Numbered from the stretch's first letter, positions 9,029 to 18,363 are shown. The stretch: DNA of 64,000 nucleotides from Candidatus Eiseniibacteriota bacterium (GCA_031431875.1 JANPEF010000061.1:32001-96000); one strand, 5' to 3'. Notes: a model not told the origin generated them from the sequence alone. Translations and numbers: made by a program.

Positions 9029-11722
9029 ATGGGAATGACGCATTGCGTTCGTCGTCATCAATCGTACGTCGCAGTCGCGATCGCCGCGGGTTCGCTCGCG
9101 TGGGCCGCGCTCGGCGGGGCGGTCGCAGCGGTGGGCGCACCGGCTGCGGCGCCCGTCGACTCGGCCGGGACGGTGGGCAGCCGACTGGGCCGCGCTGTCG
9201 TGCCGCTGTCGCAGAAGGTCGAACTCCGCCTCGACCCCGCGTCCCCGGACTACAGCGGCTCGACCACGATCTCGATCGAGGCAGCCGCGCCGTTCCGTTC
9301 GCTGCGCGTGCACGCGAGGGAGCTGTCGGTCGAGACGATCCTGCTCGCGGGCGGCCTCGTGCACGTCGCGCCGAAGTGGGCCAGCGAGACGGACGGGACG
9401 ATCCGTATCACCTTCAGCGAGCCCGTGCCGGCGGGGATCTACCTGCTCACGCTGCGCTTCCGCAACGACTTCAACACGCAGGCCACGAGCCTGTACCGCC
9501 TCAAGGCCGGCGACGACTGGTACTGCTTCACGCAGTTCGAGGCGACCGACGCGCGCGAGGCCTTCCCGTGCTTCGACGAGCCCGAGTTCAAGATCCCGTG
9601 GGACCTCGAGCTGACCATTCCGGGCGGGCACAGCGCGGTCGCGAACACGCCGATCGTCTCGAGCGCCCCGGCCGGCGACGGTTGGACGAAACACGTGTTC
9701 AAGCGCTCGAAGCCCATGCCGACCTACATCCTGGCGATCGCCACCGGGCCGCTCGAGATGACGCCGATCGAGGGCATGTCGATTCCGGGCAACGTTGTGA
9801 CGGTGAAGGGGCAGGCGACGCTCACCGCCGAGGCGAGGCGCGTCGCGCCGCCGATCCTCGCCGCGCTCGAGGCCTACTTCGGGCGCCCGTATCCCTACGA
9901 GAAGCTCGACCTGCTCGCGGTGCCCGAGTTCTGGCCCGGCGCCATGGAGAACGCGGGCGCGATCACGTTCGCCGATGGCGTGCTGCTGCTCGATGACAAG
10001 ACGGCGACCGTCTCGATGCGGCGCTCGCTGGCGTCGATCACGGCGCACGAGCTCGCGCACATGTGGTTCGGTGACCTGGTGACGATGAAGTGGTGGGACG
10101 ACCTGTGGCTCAACGAGTCGTTCGCCTCGTGGCTGGGCGAGAAGGTGACCCACGGCGTGTACCCGGAGTTCGGGATCGAGGACCGCCTCGTGCTCGACGC
10201 GGACGAAGCGATGCTGGTCGACGGTCGACTGAGCACGCGCGCGGTCCGCCAGCCCGTCAAGAGCCTCGACAATCTCCTGCAGTCGGCCGATGCCCTTGCA
10301 TACCAAAAGGGACAGACGGTCCTCGGCATGTTCGAGCAGTGGCTGGGCCCCGACGTGTTCCGGGCCGGCGTGCGCGACTACATCTCTCGCCATGCGTGGG
10401 GGAACGCCGTGGCGGACGACCTGTGGTCGGCGCTGTCGCGCTCGGCGAAGAAGGACGTGGGTGGCTCGATGGGCACGTTCCTCAACCAGCCCGGGCTCGC
10501 GCTCGTCGGGGCCGAGCCGCTGCCGGGCGGCCGGGTGCGCCTCACGCAGTCGCGCTTCCTGCCGGCCGGAACGGTCGCGCCGACACCCCAGCGCTGGTCG
10601 ATCCCGGTCACGCTCAAGTATGGCGGGGCGAGCGGGGCGGCGAAGACGAAGAGCGTGCTGCTCTCCGCGCCGACGCAGGTCGTCACGCTCGAGCCGGGGG
10701 TGAAGTGGGTGTACCCGAACGGGCGCGCCTGGGGCTACTACCGCTGGAAGATGCCCGACGCCTCGATCACCGCGCTGGTCGAGCGGGCCAGCACCTCCCT
10801 CGAGTTGCGCGAGCGCATGGAGCTGACCACCAATGCAGCGGCCTTGCTCGACGCCGGTGCGATGCCTGGCGACACCTACCTGCGCCTGCTCGAGAAGCTG
10901 GCCGCAGACGAGGAGCCCGCCGTGGTCGGCGCGGTGCTCGACGGGATGGAGAAGGTGAAGCAGACGTTCATCACGCCCGAGGTCGAGCCCGCCTATGCCG
11001 CGTACGTCCAGCGCGCGCTCGCGCCGGCGGTGGATCGCTTCGGCCTGACGAGGCAAGCGGGCGAGCAGGAGTCGGTGTCGTTCATCCGCGGGCGCCTGCT
11101 CGGCATGCTCGCCGACGAGGGTCGCGACCCCCGCGCGCGCGCCTACGCCGACTCGCTGGCGCAGGCGTACCTGGCCGACGTGACGAGCGTCGATCCGTCG
11201 CTTGCGTTCACGTCGCTGCAGGTCGCCGCCATGGACGGGGATCCCGCGCTGTGGGAGACCTATCGCACGCGCTTCGAGTCGGCGCCGAACCCCGGCGAGC
11301 GGCGCAACTTCCTTGCGGCGCTGGGCTCGTTCCGCTCCCCGCCGCTGCGCCAGAAGTCACTCGACTACGCGCTCGCCGGCCCGCTCCGGCCGCAGGAGGT
11401 GCTGGCCGTCCCGCGCGCCATGGGCGGCGCCTCCGAGGAGGGCCGGGAAGCGCAGTTCCAGTGGGCGATGCAGAACTACGATGCGATCATGAAGCGCGTG
11501 CCACCCATGTTCGCAGTGTTCATGCCGTTCGTCGGATCCGGCTGTTCCGGCGACCGGCTCACGGCGACGCAGTCGTTCTTCGCCGATCCGGCGCACGCGC
11601 CTCCGGGCACCGAGAAGGAACTGGCAAAGGTGACCGAAACGGTCGAGGACTGCATGAAGCTGCGGGCGCGCGAAGGTCCGCGCGTGCGCGAGTTCCTGCA
11701 GCGAGGTCCGGTTGCGAACTAG
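9029..11722 (+). CDS. M1 family aminopeptidase with ERAP1-like C-terminal domain
   Basis: TQFEATDAREAFPCFDEP, GAMEN and HELAH-x18-E (LWLNESFA) motifs, plus a signal peptide. The start could be 9029 or 9035. Confidence 0.95.
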   Translation: MGMTHCVRRHQSYVAVAIAAGSLAWAALGGAVAAVGAPAAAPVDSAGTVGSRLGRAVVPLSQKVELRLDPASPDYSGSTTISIEAAAPFRSLRVHARELSVETILLAGGLVHVAPKWASETDGTIRITFSEPVPAGIYLLTLRFRNDFNTQATSLYRLKAGDDWYCFTQFEATDAREAFPCFDEPEFKIPWDLELTIPGGHSAVANTPIVSSAPAGDGWTKHVFKRSKPMPTYILAIATGPLEMTPIEGMSIPGNVVTVKGQATLTAEARRVAPPILAALEAYFGRPYPYEKLDLLAVPEFWPGAMENAGAITFADGVLLLDDKTATVSMRRSLASITAHELAHMWFGDLVTMKWWDDLWLNESFASWLGEKVTHGVYPEFGIEDRLVLDADEAMLVDGRLSTRAVRQPVKSLDNLLQSADALAYQKGQTVLGMFEQWLGPDVFRAGVRDYISRHAWGNAVADDLWSALSRSAKKDVGGSMGTFLNQPGLALVGAEPLPGGRVRLTQSRFLPAGTVAPTPQRWSIPVTLKYGGASGAAKTKSVLLSAPTQVVTLEPGVKWVYPNGRAWGYYRWKMPDASITALVERASTSLELRERMELTTNAAALLDAGAMPGDTYLRLLEKLAADEEPAVVGAVLDGMEKVKQTFITPEVEPAYAAYVQRALAPAVDRFGLTRQAGEQESVSFIRGRLLGMLADEGRDPRARAYADSLAQAYLADVTSVDPSLAFTSLQVAAMDGDPALWETYRTRFESAPNPGERRNFLAALGSFRSPPLRQKSLDYALAGPLRPQEVLAVPRAMGGASEEGREAQFQWAMQNYDAIMKRVPPMFAVFMPFVGSGCSGDRLTATQSFFADPAHAPPGTEKELAKVTETVEDCMKLRAREGPRVREFLQRGPVAN

Positions 11723-12486
11723 CGGTAGCCAGCCTTGATGCGGCCCCACGTCGCCGGAACGGCCGGCGTGGGTGTCTCGTAGGTGATGGTGAGCGCGGGG
11801 CGGAGTGTGGGATCCGTCGATTCGCGGGAGTCGAACTTCTTGACCGTCTGCGCTATCGCCTCGTTGCCGCGCAGCAGCCAGCCGTGGTTGCTCGCAGGCT
11901 CGTCGAGCCACGCCTGCACGTCGGCGACCAGCCCGGGATTCGACGTCCACACGTAGGTTCCCGTTGCGTCGACCGCCAGCGTCGCGCTCGCCGCCGCCGC
12001 GAAGTCGCCCCCGGCCGCGGCCCAGAGGGATCCCGGGAAGAAGGTGTGCTTCCACGTTGCGTCGCCGGCCTGTGCCGGCGCGCCGCTGCCACCGGCGATC
12101 CCGGCGTCCGAGGCGCCCTCACCCCAGGCGGCGCTCGCGCGGTGCAACCCAACGTTCGCGGCTCCGGCACTCGTCTGGCTCATGATCAACTCAAGATCGA
12201 CCGACAGGATCGTCGCGCCGTCGGGAATCGCCGCGGCCACGTTGAACCACAGCAACCCGCGGCGGATGCTGTTCGTGGCCTGGTTGTTGCGGCCGGCGAA
12301 AAAGCTGGTGCCCGCGCCGTTGCTGAGGGATCCAGTAGCGCTCTCGTAGAGCGTATTGTCTTTCGCCGCGCCGATGACCAGCGTCGTGCCGGCCCGCGCA
12401 CCCGGAGCGGGAACGAGCAGGGCGACGAGGACGGCGACCAGCCGGGCCGCGGATCGGCCGCCGCGATGGGCGTGGAACGGGTTCAC
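11719..12486 (-). CDS. Secreted DNRLRE/CBM96-like domain protein with C-terminal TWGRIKAGYR tail
   Basis: GAGGAG RBS before the GTG at 12486 and a signal peptide. KDNTLYE, RRGLLWF, NHGWLL and FDSRE...RPALTITY motifs. The stop overlaps the convergent M1 peptidase stop (CTAG). Confidence 0.8.
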   Translation of the reverse strand: MNPFHAHRGGRSAARLVAVLVALLVPAPGARAGTTLVIGAAKDNTLYESATGSLSNGAGTSFFAGRNNQATNSIRRGLLWFNVAAAIPDGATILSVDLELIMSQTSAGAANVGLHRASAAWGEGASDAGIAGGSGAPAQAGDATWKHTFFPGSLWAAAGGDFAAAASATLAVDATGTYVWTSNPGLVADVQAWLDEPASNHGWLLRGNEAIAQTVKKFDSRESTDPTLRPALTITYETPTPAVPATWGRIKAGYR

Positions 12487-12652
12487 GAAATTCTCCTCGA
12501 ATGGGGTCGCCGGCGACCGATCGGCAGGGGAAGGGCCGACGACGAGTATACAACGCCCCCCCTTGCGCCCGCACCTGTGGGCGGGGAGAATGCGGCGTCC
12601 GGCCGTAGGGCTCGCCGTCCGATCATCCACCCTCCAGCTGTTCTGGGGACCC

Positions 12653-14749
12653 ATGCGCGAAGAAGACCTGCTCCGCCTCGTCTGGATCACCGATCCGCAG
12701 ATCGCACCCGCGGGGGATCGCATCGTGTTCGTGCGCGTCATCGTCGACGAGGCGAACGATCGCTACGCGACCTCCCTGTGGATCGCTGATGCCGCCCTTG
12801 GCCGGCCGCGGCCGCTCACCTTCGGGCCCGGCGATGCACAGCCCCGCTGGTCGCCCGACGGCACGCGCCTCGCGTTCGTGCGCTCGCCCGAGCCCGGCCA
12901 GCCCGCACAGCTGTGGGTGATGCCCATGCGCGGCGGCGGCGAGGCCGTGCGGTTGACCGACCTGGTGAAGGGCGCGGGATCCCCGGCATGGTCGCCCGAC
13001 GGCATGCAGATCGCGTTCACCAGCGGCACGAACCCCGAGCTCGACACGCCCGACGCGGAGGCGAAGAAGCCGAAGAACGCCCCCGGGCGGATCGTCGCGC
13101 GGCCCATGGTGAAGCTCGACAACGTGGGTGCGCTCGATCCCGAACACCAGGACCACGTGTGGGTGGTGGCACTCGCCGTCGACGGCGCCGCCGCTGGAGC
13201 GCCGCGCATGCTGACCTGCGGCCGCTTCAACGAGGACGCGCCCGAGTGGTCGCCCGACGGCGCGGGCGTCTGCTTCGTGAGCGATCGCCGGCTCGCACCG
13301 TGGTATGGCCTCGATGATGCGGACGTGTGGTCCGTCGCGGCCGACCGCACGGTCCCGACCGAGAGCGAGGTCACGCTCGTTGCAGACGTGGCGGGCACCA
13401 TCGGCCGCTTCACGCTGGGCGCTGACGGTCGCGTGCTCGCGGTGGGGATGCTGACGCAGGAACCGCCTCGCTCCTACGACCAGCCCGACGTGTTCGTGTG
13501 CGCGCCGCCGTTCCCGCAGCCCACGCCGCACGGGCTCACCCAGGCATACGAGTTCGAGGCGGGGGACTCGTCGATCTCCTCCGACCAGCACCCGCCCCGG
13601 GCGGGCGGCAGCGTTCCGCTGGCGTTCATCGAGGGTGGGGCCGCCGTGCTCACGGTGGTGGGGCGGCACGGCGCGTGCATCCTGGCGCGCATCGGCGCCG
13701 ACGGTTCGGTGACCGAGCTCACGCCCGCCGATCGCGAGATCGTCTCGGGCACCGTGTCGGCCGACGGGAAGTGCGCCGCGGTGATCGTCGGCTCACCGTC
13801 CCGGCCCGGGGTGCTTTGCGCCTGCGACGTGGCGAGCGGCGCGCTGACGCCGTTGTACGACCCGAACGAGGCACTGTTCACCGAATCGAAGCTGGGGAAG
13901 GTCGAGGAGGTCTGGTACCCGTCGTTCGACGGGCAGAAGGTCCAGGGCTGGGTGGTGACGCCGCCCGGGTTCGATCCCGCGCAGAAGTATCCGCTCGTGC
14001 TGCAGATCCACGGCGGTCCGCACGTGGCGTACGGCGTCGGCTTCTTCCACGAATTCCAGGTGCTCGCCGAGGCCGGCTATGTCGTCCTCTACGTGAACCC
14101 GCGTGGCTCGACGACGTACGGGCAGGAGTTCGGCAACGTGATCCAGTTCGAGTATCCAGGCGACGACTGGAAGGACCTGATGGCCGGCGTCGACCTGCTG
14201 GTCGGCCGCGGCTTCATCGACGCGACGCGGATGGGCGTCACCGGCGGATCGGGCGGGGGGCTCCTGACCAACTGGACGGTGGTGAACACCGATCGCTTCG
14301 CCTGCGCGATCACGCAGCGCTGCGTCGCCGACTGGACGTCGTTCTGGTACGGGGCCGATTTCGCGCAGTTGACGAACTTCTGGTTCCGCGGCGCGCCCCA
14401 CGAGGATCCGGCCGACTATGCGCGCCGCTCACCGCTGACGCACGCGGCCCGGGCGAAGACGCCGCTGCTCGTCGTCCACAGCGAGGACGACTGGCGGACG
14501 CCGATCGTTCAGGGGGAGGGGATGTTTCGCGCCATGCTTGCCCAGCGCGTGCCCACGGCGATGATCCGCTTCCCGGGCGAGGGCCACGAGCTGTCGCGGA
14601 GCGGCGCGCCGTCGCGGCGGGTGCAGAACCAGCGCGTGATGCGCCGCTGGTTCGATCGCTGGCTCCAGGGCAAGGACGCGCCCGAGTTCGACGATCCGCT
14701 GGCCGCGGCACCGGCGCCGCTTCCGGCAGGGGCCCGCGCGAAGGGCTAG
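12653..14749 (+). CDS. S9 family peptidase (acylaminoacyl/dipeptidyl peptidase)
   Basis: WSPDG beta-propeller repeats, IHGGPH, GGSGGG nucleophile, SEDDWRT and EGHEL. Confidence 0.93.
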   Translation: MREEDLLRLVWITDPQIAPAGDRIVFVRVIVDEANDRYATSLWIADAALGRPRPLTFGPGDAQPRWSPDGTRLAFVRSPEPGQPAQLWVMPMRGGGEAVRLTDLVKGAGSPAWSPDGMQIAFTSGTNPELDTPDAEAKKPKNAPGRIVARPMVKLDNVGALDPEHQDHVWVVALAVDGAAAGAPRMLTCGRFNEDAPEWSPDGAGVCFVSDRRLAPWYGLDDADVWSVAADRTVPTESEVTLVADVAGTIGRFTLGADGRVLAVGMLTQEPPRSYDQPDVFVCAPPFPQPTPHGLTQAYEFEAGDSSISSDQHPPRAGGSVPLAFIEGGAAVLTVVGRHGACILARIGADGSVTELTPADREIVSGTVSADGKCAAVIVGSPSRPGVLCACDVASGALTPLYDPNEALFTESKLGKVEEVWYPSFDGQKVQGWVVTPPGFDPAQKYPLVLQIHGGPHVAYGVGFFHEFQVLAEAGYVVLYVNPRGSTTYGQEFGNVIQFEYPGDDWKDLMAGVDLLVGRGFIDATRMGVTGGSGGGLLTNWTVVNTDRFACAITQRCVADWTSFWYGADFAQLTNFWFRGAPHEDPADYARRSPLTHAARAKTPLLVVHSEDDWRTPIVQGEGMFRAMLAQRVPTAMIRFPGEGHELSRSGAPSRRVQNQRVMRRWFDRWLQGKDAPEFDDPLAAAPAPLPAGARAKG

Positions 14750-14755
14750 AGGCCG

Positions 14756-15748
14756 CTAGGCAGCGCGGCGGGCGGGCGTCTCGACGCAGTTGCCGCCGTG
14801 CTGCCGCGCATCGCGCAGCACGCGCTCGGTCACCGCCCACAAGGTCTCGAGATCCACGCCGTCGCCCGGGAACGTGGCGACGCCGAACGTTGCCGACACG
14901 GCGCCCGCGGCGTGCGGTGCGAAGGCGTGGGTGGTGAGCGCGCTGCGCATGCGTGCGGCCACTTCGACCGCACCCTCGCGGCCGGTCTGCGGGAGCACGA
15001 CCGCCGTCAGGCCGCCCGTGCAGCGGCCGACCAGGTCGATGTCGCGCACGTGCGATCCCAGGAGTTCCGCGACGTCCGCCAGAGTGCCCGCCGGCCAGGA
15101 TTCGTCGCCGGCATCCGCCGCCGGATCGACCGCGACGAGGATCAGCGACAACTCCTGCCCGTGACGATGGGCTCGCCGGATCTCCTTCTTGAGCGCGGCG
15201 CGCAGTGTGCGCTCGCCCACGGCATCCCCGTCGTCGGCCCTGGGTACACGTGCGGCGAGGCGGCGGCGTTCGAGCGCGGCGCCGAGCCACGCGGCGAGGA
15301 GGAGCATCGACTGCATCTCGCCTGCGGTGAAGCGGGCGCGGCCGCGACGGCGATGGACGGCGAGGTACGAAGGCTCGTGATCGGCCCGCGCGATCGGCAC
15401 GAACAGCACGGGCCCGGCCTCGACGCCCGGGCAGCCGTCGCCCTCGGCATAGGCCGGTTGTTCGGACAGGTCGGCGAAGCTGATCGTCCGGGGTTCGGCC
15501 GCGAGGGCGCGCAGCGCCTCGCTGCCCTCCGGCGCGAGCGGCAGCACGGCCGGCAGGTCGCCGCCCGCGTGCAGAACCAGGCGCTCGGTCGGACGGCGCG
15601 ACGACACGAGGACGACCGCGGCCGCATCGGCGTCGACGAGGGCGCCCGCGGTGCGCAGGGCGCGCGCGAGCAACTGCCCGCGCGTTCCGGGTGACGCCGG
15701 GTTCTCGAGTGCGAGCAGCAGTTCGTGGATCCGGTCGGCCTGGGCCAT
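14756..15748 (-). CDS. GAF domain plus degenerate GGDEF domain protein
   Basis: AAGGAGG RBS. EIRRAHRHGQELSLIL, VRDIDLVGR and SATFGVATFP are GGDEF-fold segments, but GGDEF is replaced by TGGLT. Confidence 0.8.
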   Translation of the reverse strand: MAQADRIHELLLALENPASPGTRGQLLARALRTAGALVDADAAAVVLVSSRRPTERLVLHAGGDLPAVLPLAPEGSEALRALAAEPRTISFADLSEQPAYAEGDGCPGVEAGPVLFVPIARADHEPSYLAVHRRRGRARFTAGEMQSMLLLAAWLGAALERRRLAARVPRADDGDAVGERTLRAALKKEIRRAHRHGQELSLILVAVDPAADAGDESWPAGTLADVAELLGSHVRDIDLVGRCTGGLTAVVLPQTGREGAVEVAARMRSALTTHAFAPHAAGAVSATFGVATFPGDGVDLETLWAVTERVLRDARQHGGNCVETPARRAA

Positions 15749-15797
15749 TGCCCTTCCTCCTTGGCGACGCCGGACGGTCGGCGTCGAGGCAAGGAAG

Positions 15798-15813
15798 TGC
15801 AACCGCCATGCCA
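15798..15813 (-). promoter_or_regulatory. sigma54 (-24/-12) promoter for the GAF-GGDEF gene
   Basis: The minus strand reads TGGCATGGCGGTTGCA, matching TGGCAy-N5-TTGCA, 50 nt upstream of the ATG. Confidence 0.8.
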
Positions 15814-15949
15814 GCGAGGTCAGGTCGGGCACCGAACGCGCAGTGTGTTGTCCCGGTGTGCATTGCGCTTGTCGCTTGCGATGTCAGGTGAGCCTGGCGG
15901 CTTTGCCACCAGGACAGGTGGCGTCGATTTGGCCACCCGGGGTGGGCGA

Positions 15950-15978
15950 TTGACACCCGGTGCGGATGCTCCTATGCT
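15950..15978 (+). promoter_or_regulatory. sigma70-type promoter for the 16088 gene
   Basis: TTGACA-N17-TATGCT. Confidence 0.75.
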
Positions 15979-16087
15979 CCTTGGGCTCGCCGATTCGAGC
16001 CCCCCACGAGCATCGTTCGCAGCACCGGGACTTCGGCCCGGTCCCCTGCCCCAGCCAGCAAACTCACGGTTCCGTGGAGGCAGTCCC

Positions 16088-16798
16088 ATGAAGCGCTTGT
16101 CATTCCTGTCCGCGTTTGCCCTCTTGGCCGCGCCCGCCCTTGCCTTCGCCGCTCCGAATGCCGGCACCTACCAGACCACCGACCTCGGCGGCCAGCTCCT
16201 CACCGGGCGCGCCTCGTCGCACCGGACGGGGATCAACTCCGGCCTGCCGCATGTCCTGCACTCGCAGTCGTGGAACGGCTCGACGCTCGGCACGCAGTGG
16301 GAGTTGCGCTGCGCGGTCGAGAACGCCGCGTTCGGCATCCAGGACAACCGCGTCAACGGCACCGGCACCATCGTCTACAGCTCGACCTACACCGGCGGCC
16401 AGTTCGAGCTGTACAACACCGGCGGCGCCTGGGGTGACGGCGTGGCCGCGCTCGGAACGACGAGCATCATCTCGACCGTGCAGTTCGTGAACATCAACAA
16501 CGTCTCGACGCCGGTCGCGTCGGTCGTCAATGCCAACACCTCGGGTGACTTCGGCGGCGGCTGCGTCCTCACCTTCGCGATCGCGAATGGCGTCGGCGTG
16601 GGCGAGACGACGAGCCTCGACGTTTCGATCCAGAAGCCGGCCGACTACCCGACGTTCCTCGCCGCCAACTGCGGCCTCGCCTTGCCCAACGAGCAGTTCG
16701 GCACGTGGGGCACCATGATCACCGGGACGCTGCGCATCGATTGCTCGGTCGACGCAACGACTTCGACCTGGGGCGCGGTGAAGAACATCTATCGCTGA
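16088..16798 (+). CDS. Secreted hypothetical protein with C-terminal TWGAVKNIYR tail
   Basis: GGAGG RBS, Sec signal peptide (MKRLSFLSAFALLAAPALAFA) and a Gly/Thr/Asn-rich, beta-type sequence with 4 Cys. Confidence 0.85.
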   Translation: MKRLSFLSAFALLAAPALAFAAPNAGTYQTTDLGGQLLTGRASSHRTGINSGLPHVLHSQSWNGSTLGTQWELRCAVENAAFGIQDNRVNGTGTIVYSSTYTGGQFELYNTGGAWGDGVAALGTTSIISTVQFVNINNVSTPVASVVNANTSGDFGGGCVLTFAIANGVGVGETTSLDVSIQKPADYPTFLAANCGLALPNEQFGTWGTMITGTLRIDCSVDATTSTWGAVKNIYR

Positions 16799-16831
16799 TA
16801 TGGCATGACCTCTTGTCAAGCTGGTCCACAC

Positions 16832-16865
16832 GCGACCACCGCTCCGGCGGTGGTCGCTGTGTTTT
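16832..16865 (+). terminator. Hairpin with T-rich tail inside the IS end
   Basis: GCGACCACCGC-TCCG-GCGGTGGTCGC (11-bp stem) followed by TGTGTTTT. Confidence 0.55.
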
Positions 16866-16879
16866 GGGGAGATGAGCTT

Positions 16880-17090
16880 CTGGAAGGACGGACGCGGAAG
16901 TCGCCGACGGCGTGTCACTCTGATATCCGCGGGTTGCCTCGAAGGATCGGGGCCGAGCCGCATGACCGTAGTTCGTCGGGAGGTACCGCAGTCTAGCATC
17001 GTGAGTCGGTGGCTCCGGTGAACCGGAGTCCCGTCGCGTAGCGATATCGCGGGTTATCTCACGCATCATCCCCTCGTCCGTCCATCCTGA
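16880..17090 (-). ncRNA. Candidate bridge/seek RNA in the 3' non-coding end of the IS110 element
   Basis: About 290 nt of non-coding sequence downstream of the transposase has two stem-internal-loop modules whose loop segments match the target and donor junction sequences. Boundaries are approximate. Confidence 0.65.
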
Positions 17091-17093
17091 AGC

Positions 17094-18215
17094 TCAGCCT
17101 TGGGCCTTCGCGGCTTCCGGCCGGGCCAGTGCGGCCCAGAGGAAGCCGGCGAGCTCGCGAGCAATCGCGATGACGATCTTGTTGCGGTGCTTGCCTCGAG
17201 CCTCCATCTGCCGGAATCGACGACAGAGCCGCTTCTGGGCCCGATCGGCCAGGGCAATCATGGCCGGCGGCTGGCCAAGCCGCCGGTTCGCCAGGTCCTT
17301 GCTGACCCGAGCCTTGTGGCGGTAGTTCCAGGAGCCTTCGATCAGAGTGCGGCGCACGTGCTGGTTGCCGGCGCGCGTGATCCCGCCGCGGCGATGATGA
17401 TCTCCACTGCTGGCTTCCGAGGGCACGAGCCCGAGAAAGGCCATGAGCGAAGGAGCAGACGGAAACCTCCGAACGTCATGAAGCTCCGACAGCAAGATCA
17501 TGGCGTTCACCGTGTCGATCCCGCGAAAGCAGCGGAGCCAACCGACTCGTTCGCGCCACGGCTCTCCCTGGGAGATCGCCAGGAGCTCGACATCGAGCGC
17601 GGAGCGCTGGGCCTCACGCTGCTCGACCGTGAGCAGGTAGTCCTCGAAGACGATCCGCTCGGAAGGGCGTTCGAACACCAGGCTCGTGAGCCAGGTCCGA
17701 TGGGCCTGAGACCACGAGTGTGCTTGCCCCGTGCCGAAGACCAGCCCGTGCCGCAACAGGAAGTGCGTGAGGCGGTGACGCGCCCGCGTGAGATCGACGC
17801 GCGCATCGTCGCGGCAGCGGCACAGATCCCGTACCGCCTCCTCGTCAACGCTCGGAGGATGGACTTCGGTCAGAAGCCCTGCGCGAAACAGCTCGGCCAG
17901 CTTGCGCGCATCCCTGCGATCGGTCTTGATGCGATCGCCCGGCCGAAGCGGCGTCAGGGACGGCGCGATCACCGTGCACTCGCAGCCCTGAGCGATCAGA
18001 TCACGCTGAAGCACGTAACCGCAGGGTCCTGCTTCGTAACAGCAACGAACCGGTCCCTGCGCCTGGGCCTTGATGCGCTGGACCAACTTGCGGACTTGGG
18101 CCGCCTGGTTCGCGATCTGCCCATTCCACGGCTCCCGATCCTGGGGCTTGAGTACGCAAAACGAGATCGTGTTGCGATGGACATCCAGACCGACGATGGT
18201 GCTAGGCTCTTGCAC
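17094..18215 (-). CDS. IS110 family transposase/recombinase
   Basis: GLDVH (D), CYEAGPCG (E), KTDRRDA (DD) and GLVPSEASSG (catalytic Ser region). GTG start with an AGGGAG RBS. Confidence 0.96.
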   Translation of the reverse strand: MQEPSTIVGLDVHRNTISFCVLKPQDREPWNGQIANQAAQVRKLVQRIKAQAQGPVRCCYEAGPCGYVLQRDLIAQGCECTVIAPSLTPLRPGDRIKTDRRDARKLAELFRAGLLTEVHPPSVDEEAVRDLCRCRDDARVDLTRARHRLTHFLLRHGLVFGTGQAHSWSQAHRTWLTSLVFERPSERIVFEDYLLTVEQREAQRSALDVELLAISQGEPWRERVGWLRCFRGIDTVNAMILLSELHDVRRFPSAPSLMAFLGLVPSEASSGDHHRRGGITRAGNQHVRRTLIEGSWNYRHKARVSKDLANRRLGQPPAMIALADRAQKRLCRRFRQMEARGKHRNKIVIAIARELAGFLWAALARPEAAKAQG

Positions 18216-18363
18216 GGCCGGCTCCCTTCGTATGCGGCTCTGCTGCTTCAAGCAGCAAACCGCGTCAGAGTGGATCAAACCACCCGGTCGTTCCCGGGGT
18301 TCCTGGTTGGGAACGACGGTACGAACCGGGGGCCGGTCATGCCATAGGGTCTAGAGTCGGGGC

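Larger units (their letters stand above)
16797..18355 (-). mobile_element. Complete IS110-family (IS1111-like) insertion sequence
   Basis: Perfect 12-bp subterminal inverted repeats TATGGCATGACC (16799-16810) and GGTCATGCCATA (18335-18346). A GA core is present at both ends (16797-98 and 18354-55), and a DEDD transposase lies inside. Confidence 0.9.

Noticed and set aside
16947..16954. TCGGGGCC match between the IS 3' region and the right flank (18357-64)
   Set aside because: It lies in the apical part of the loop-2 hairpin, is not in register with the core and is GC-rich, so it is probably chance.
17100..18347. 415-aa ORF antisense to the transposase
   Set aside because: It is the mirror frame of the transposase with no recognisable features.
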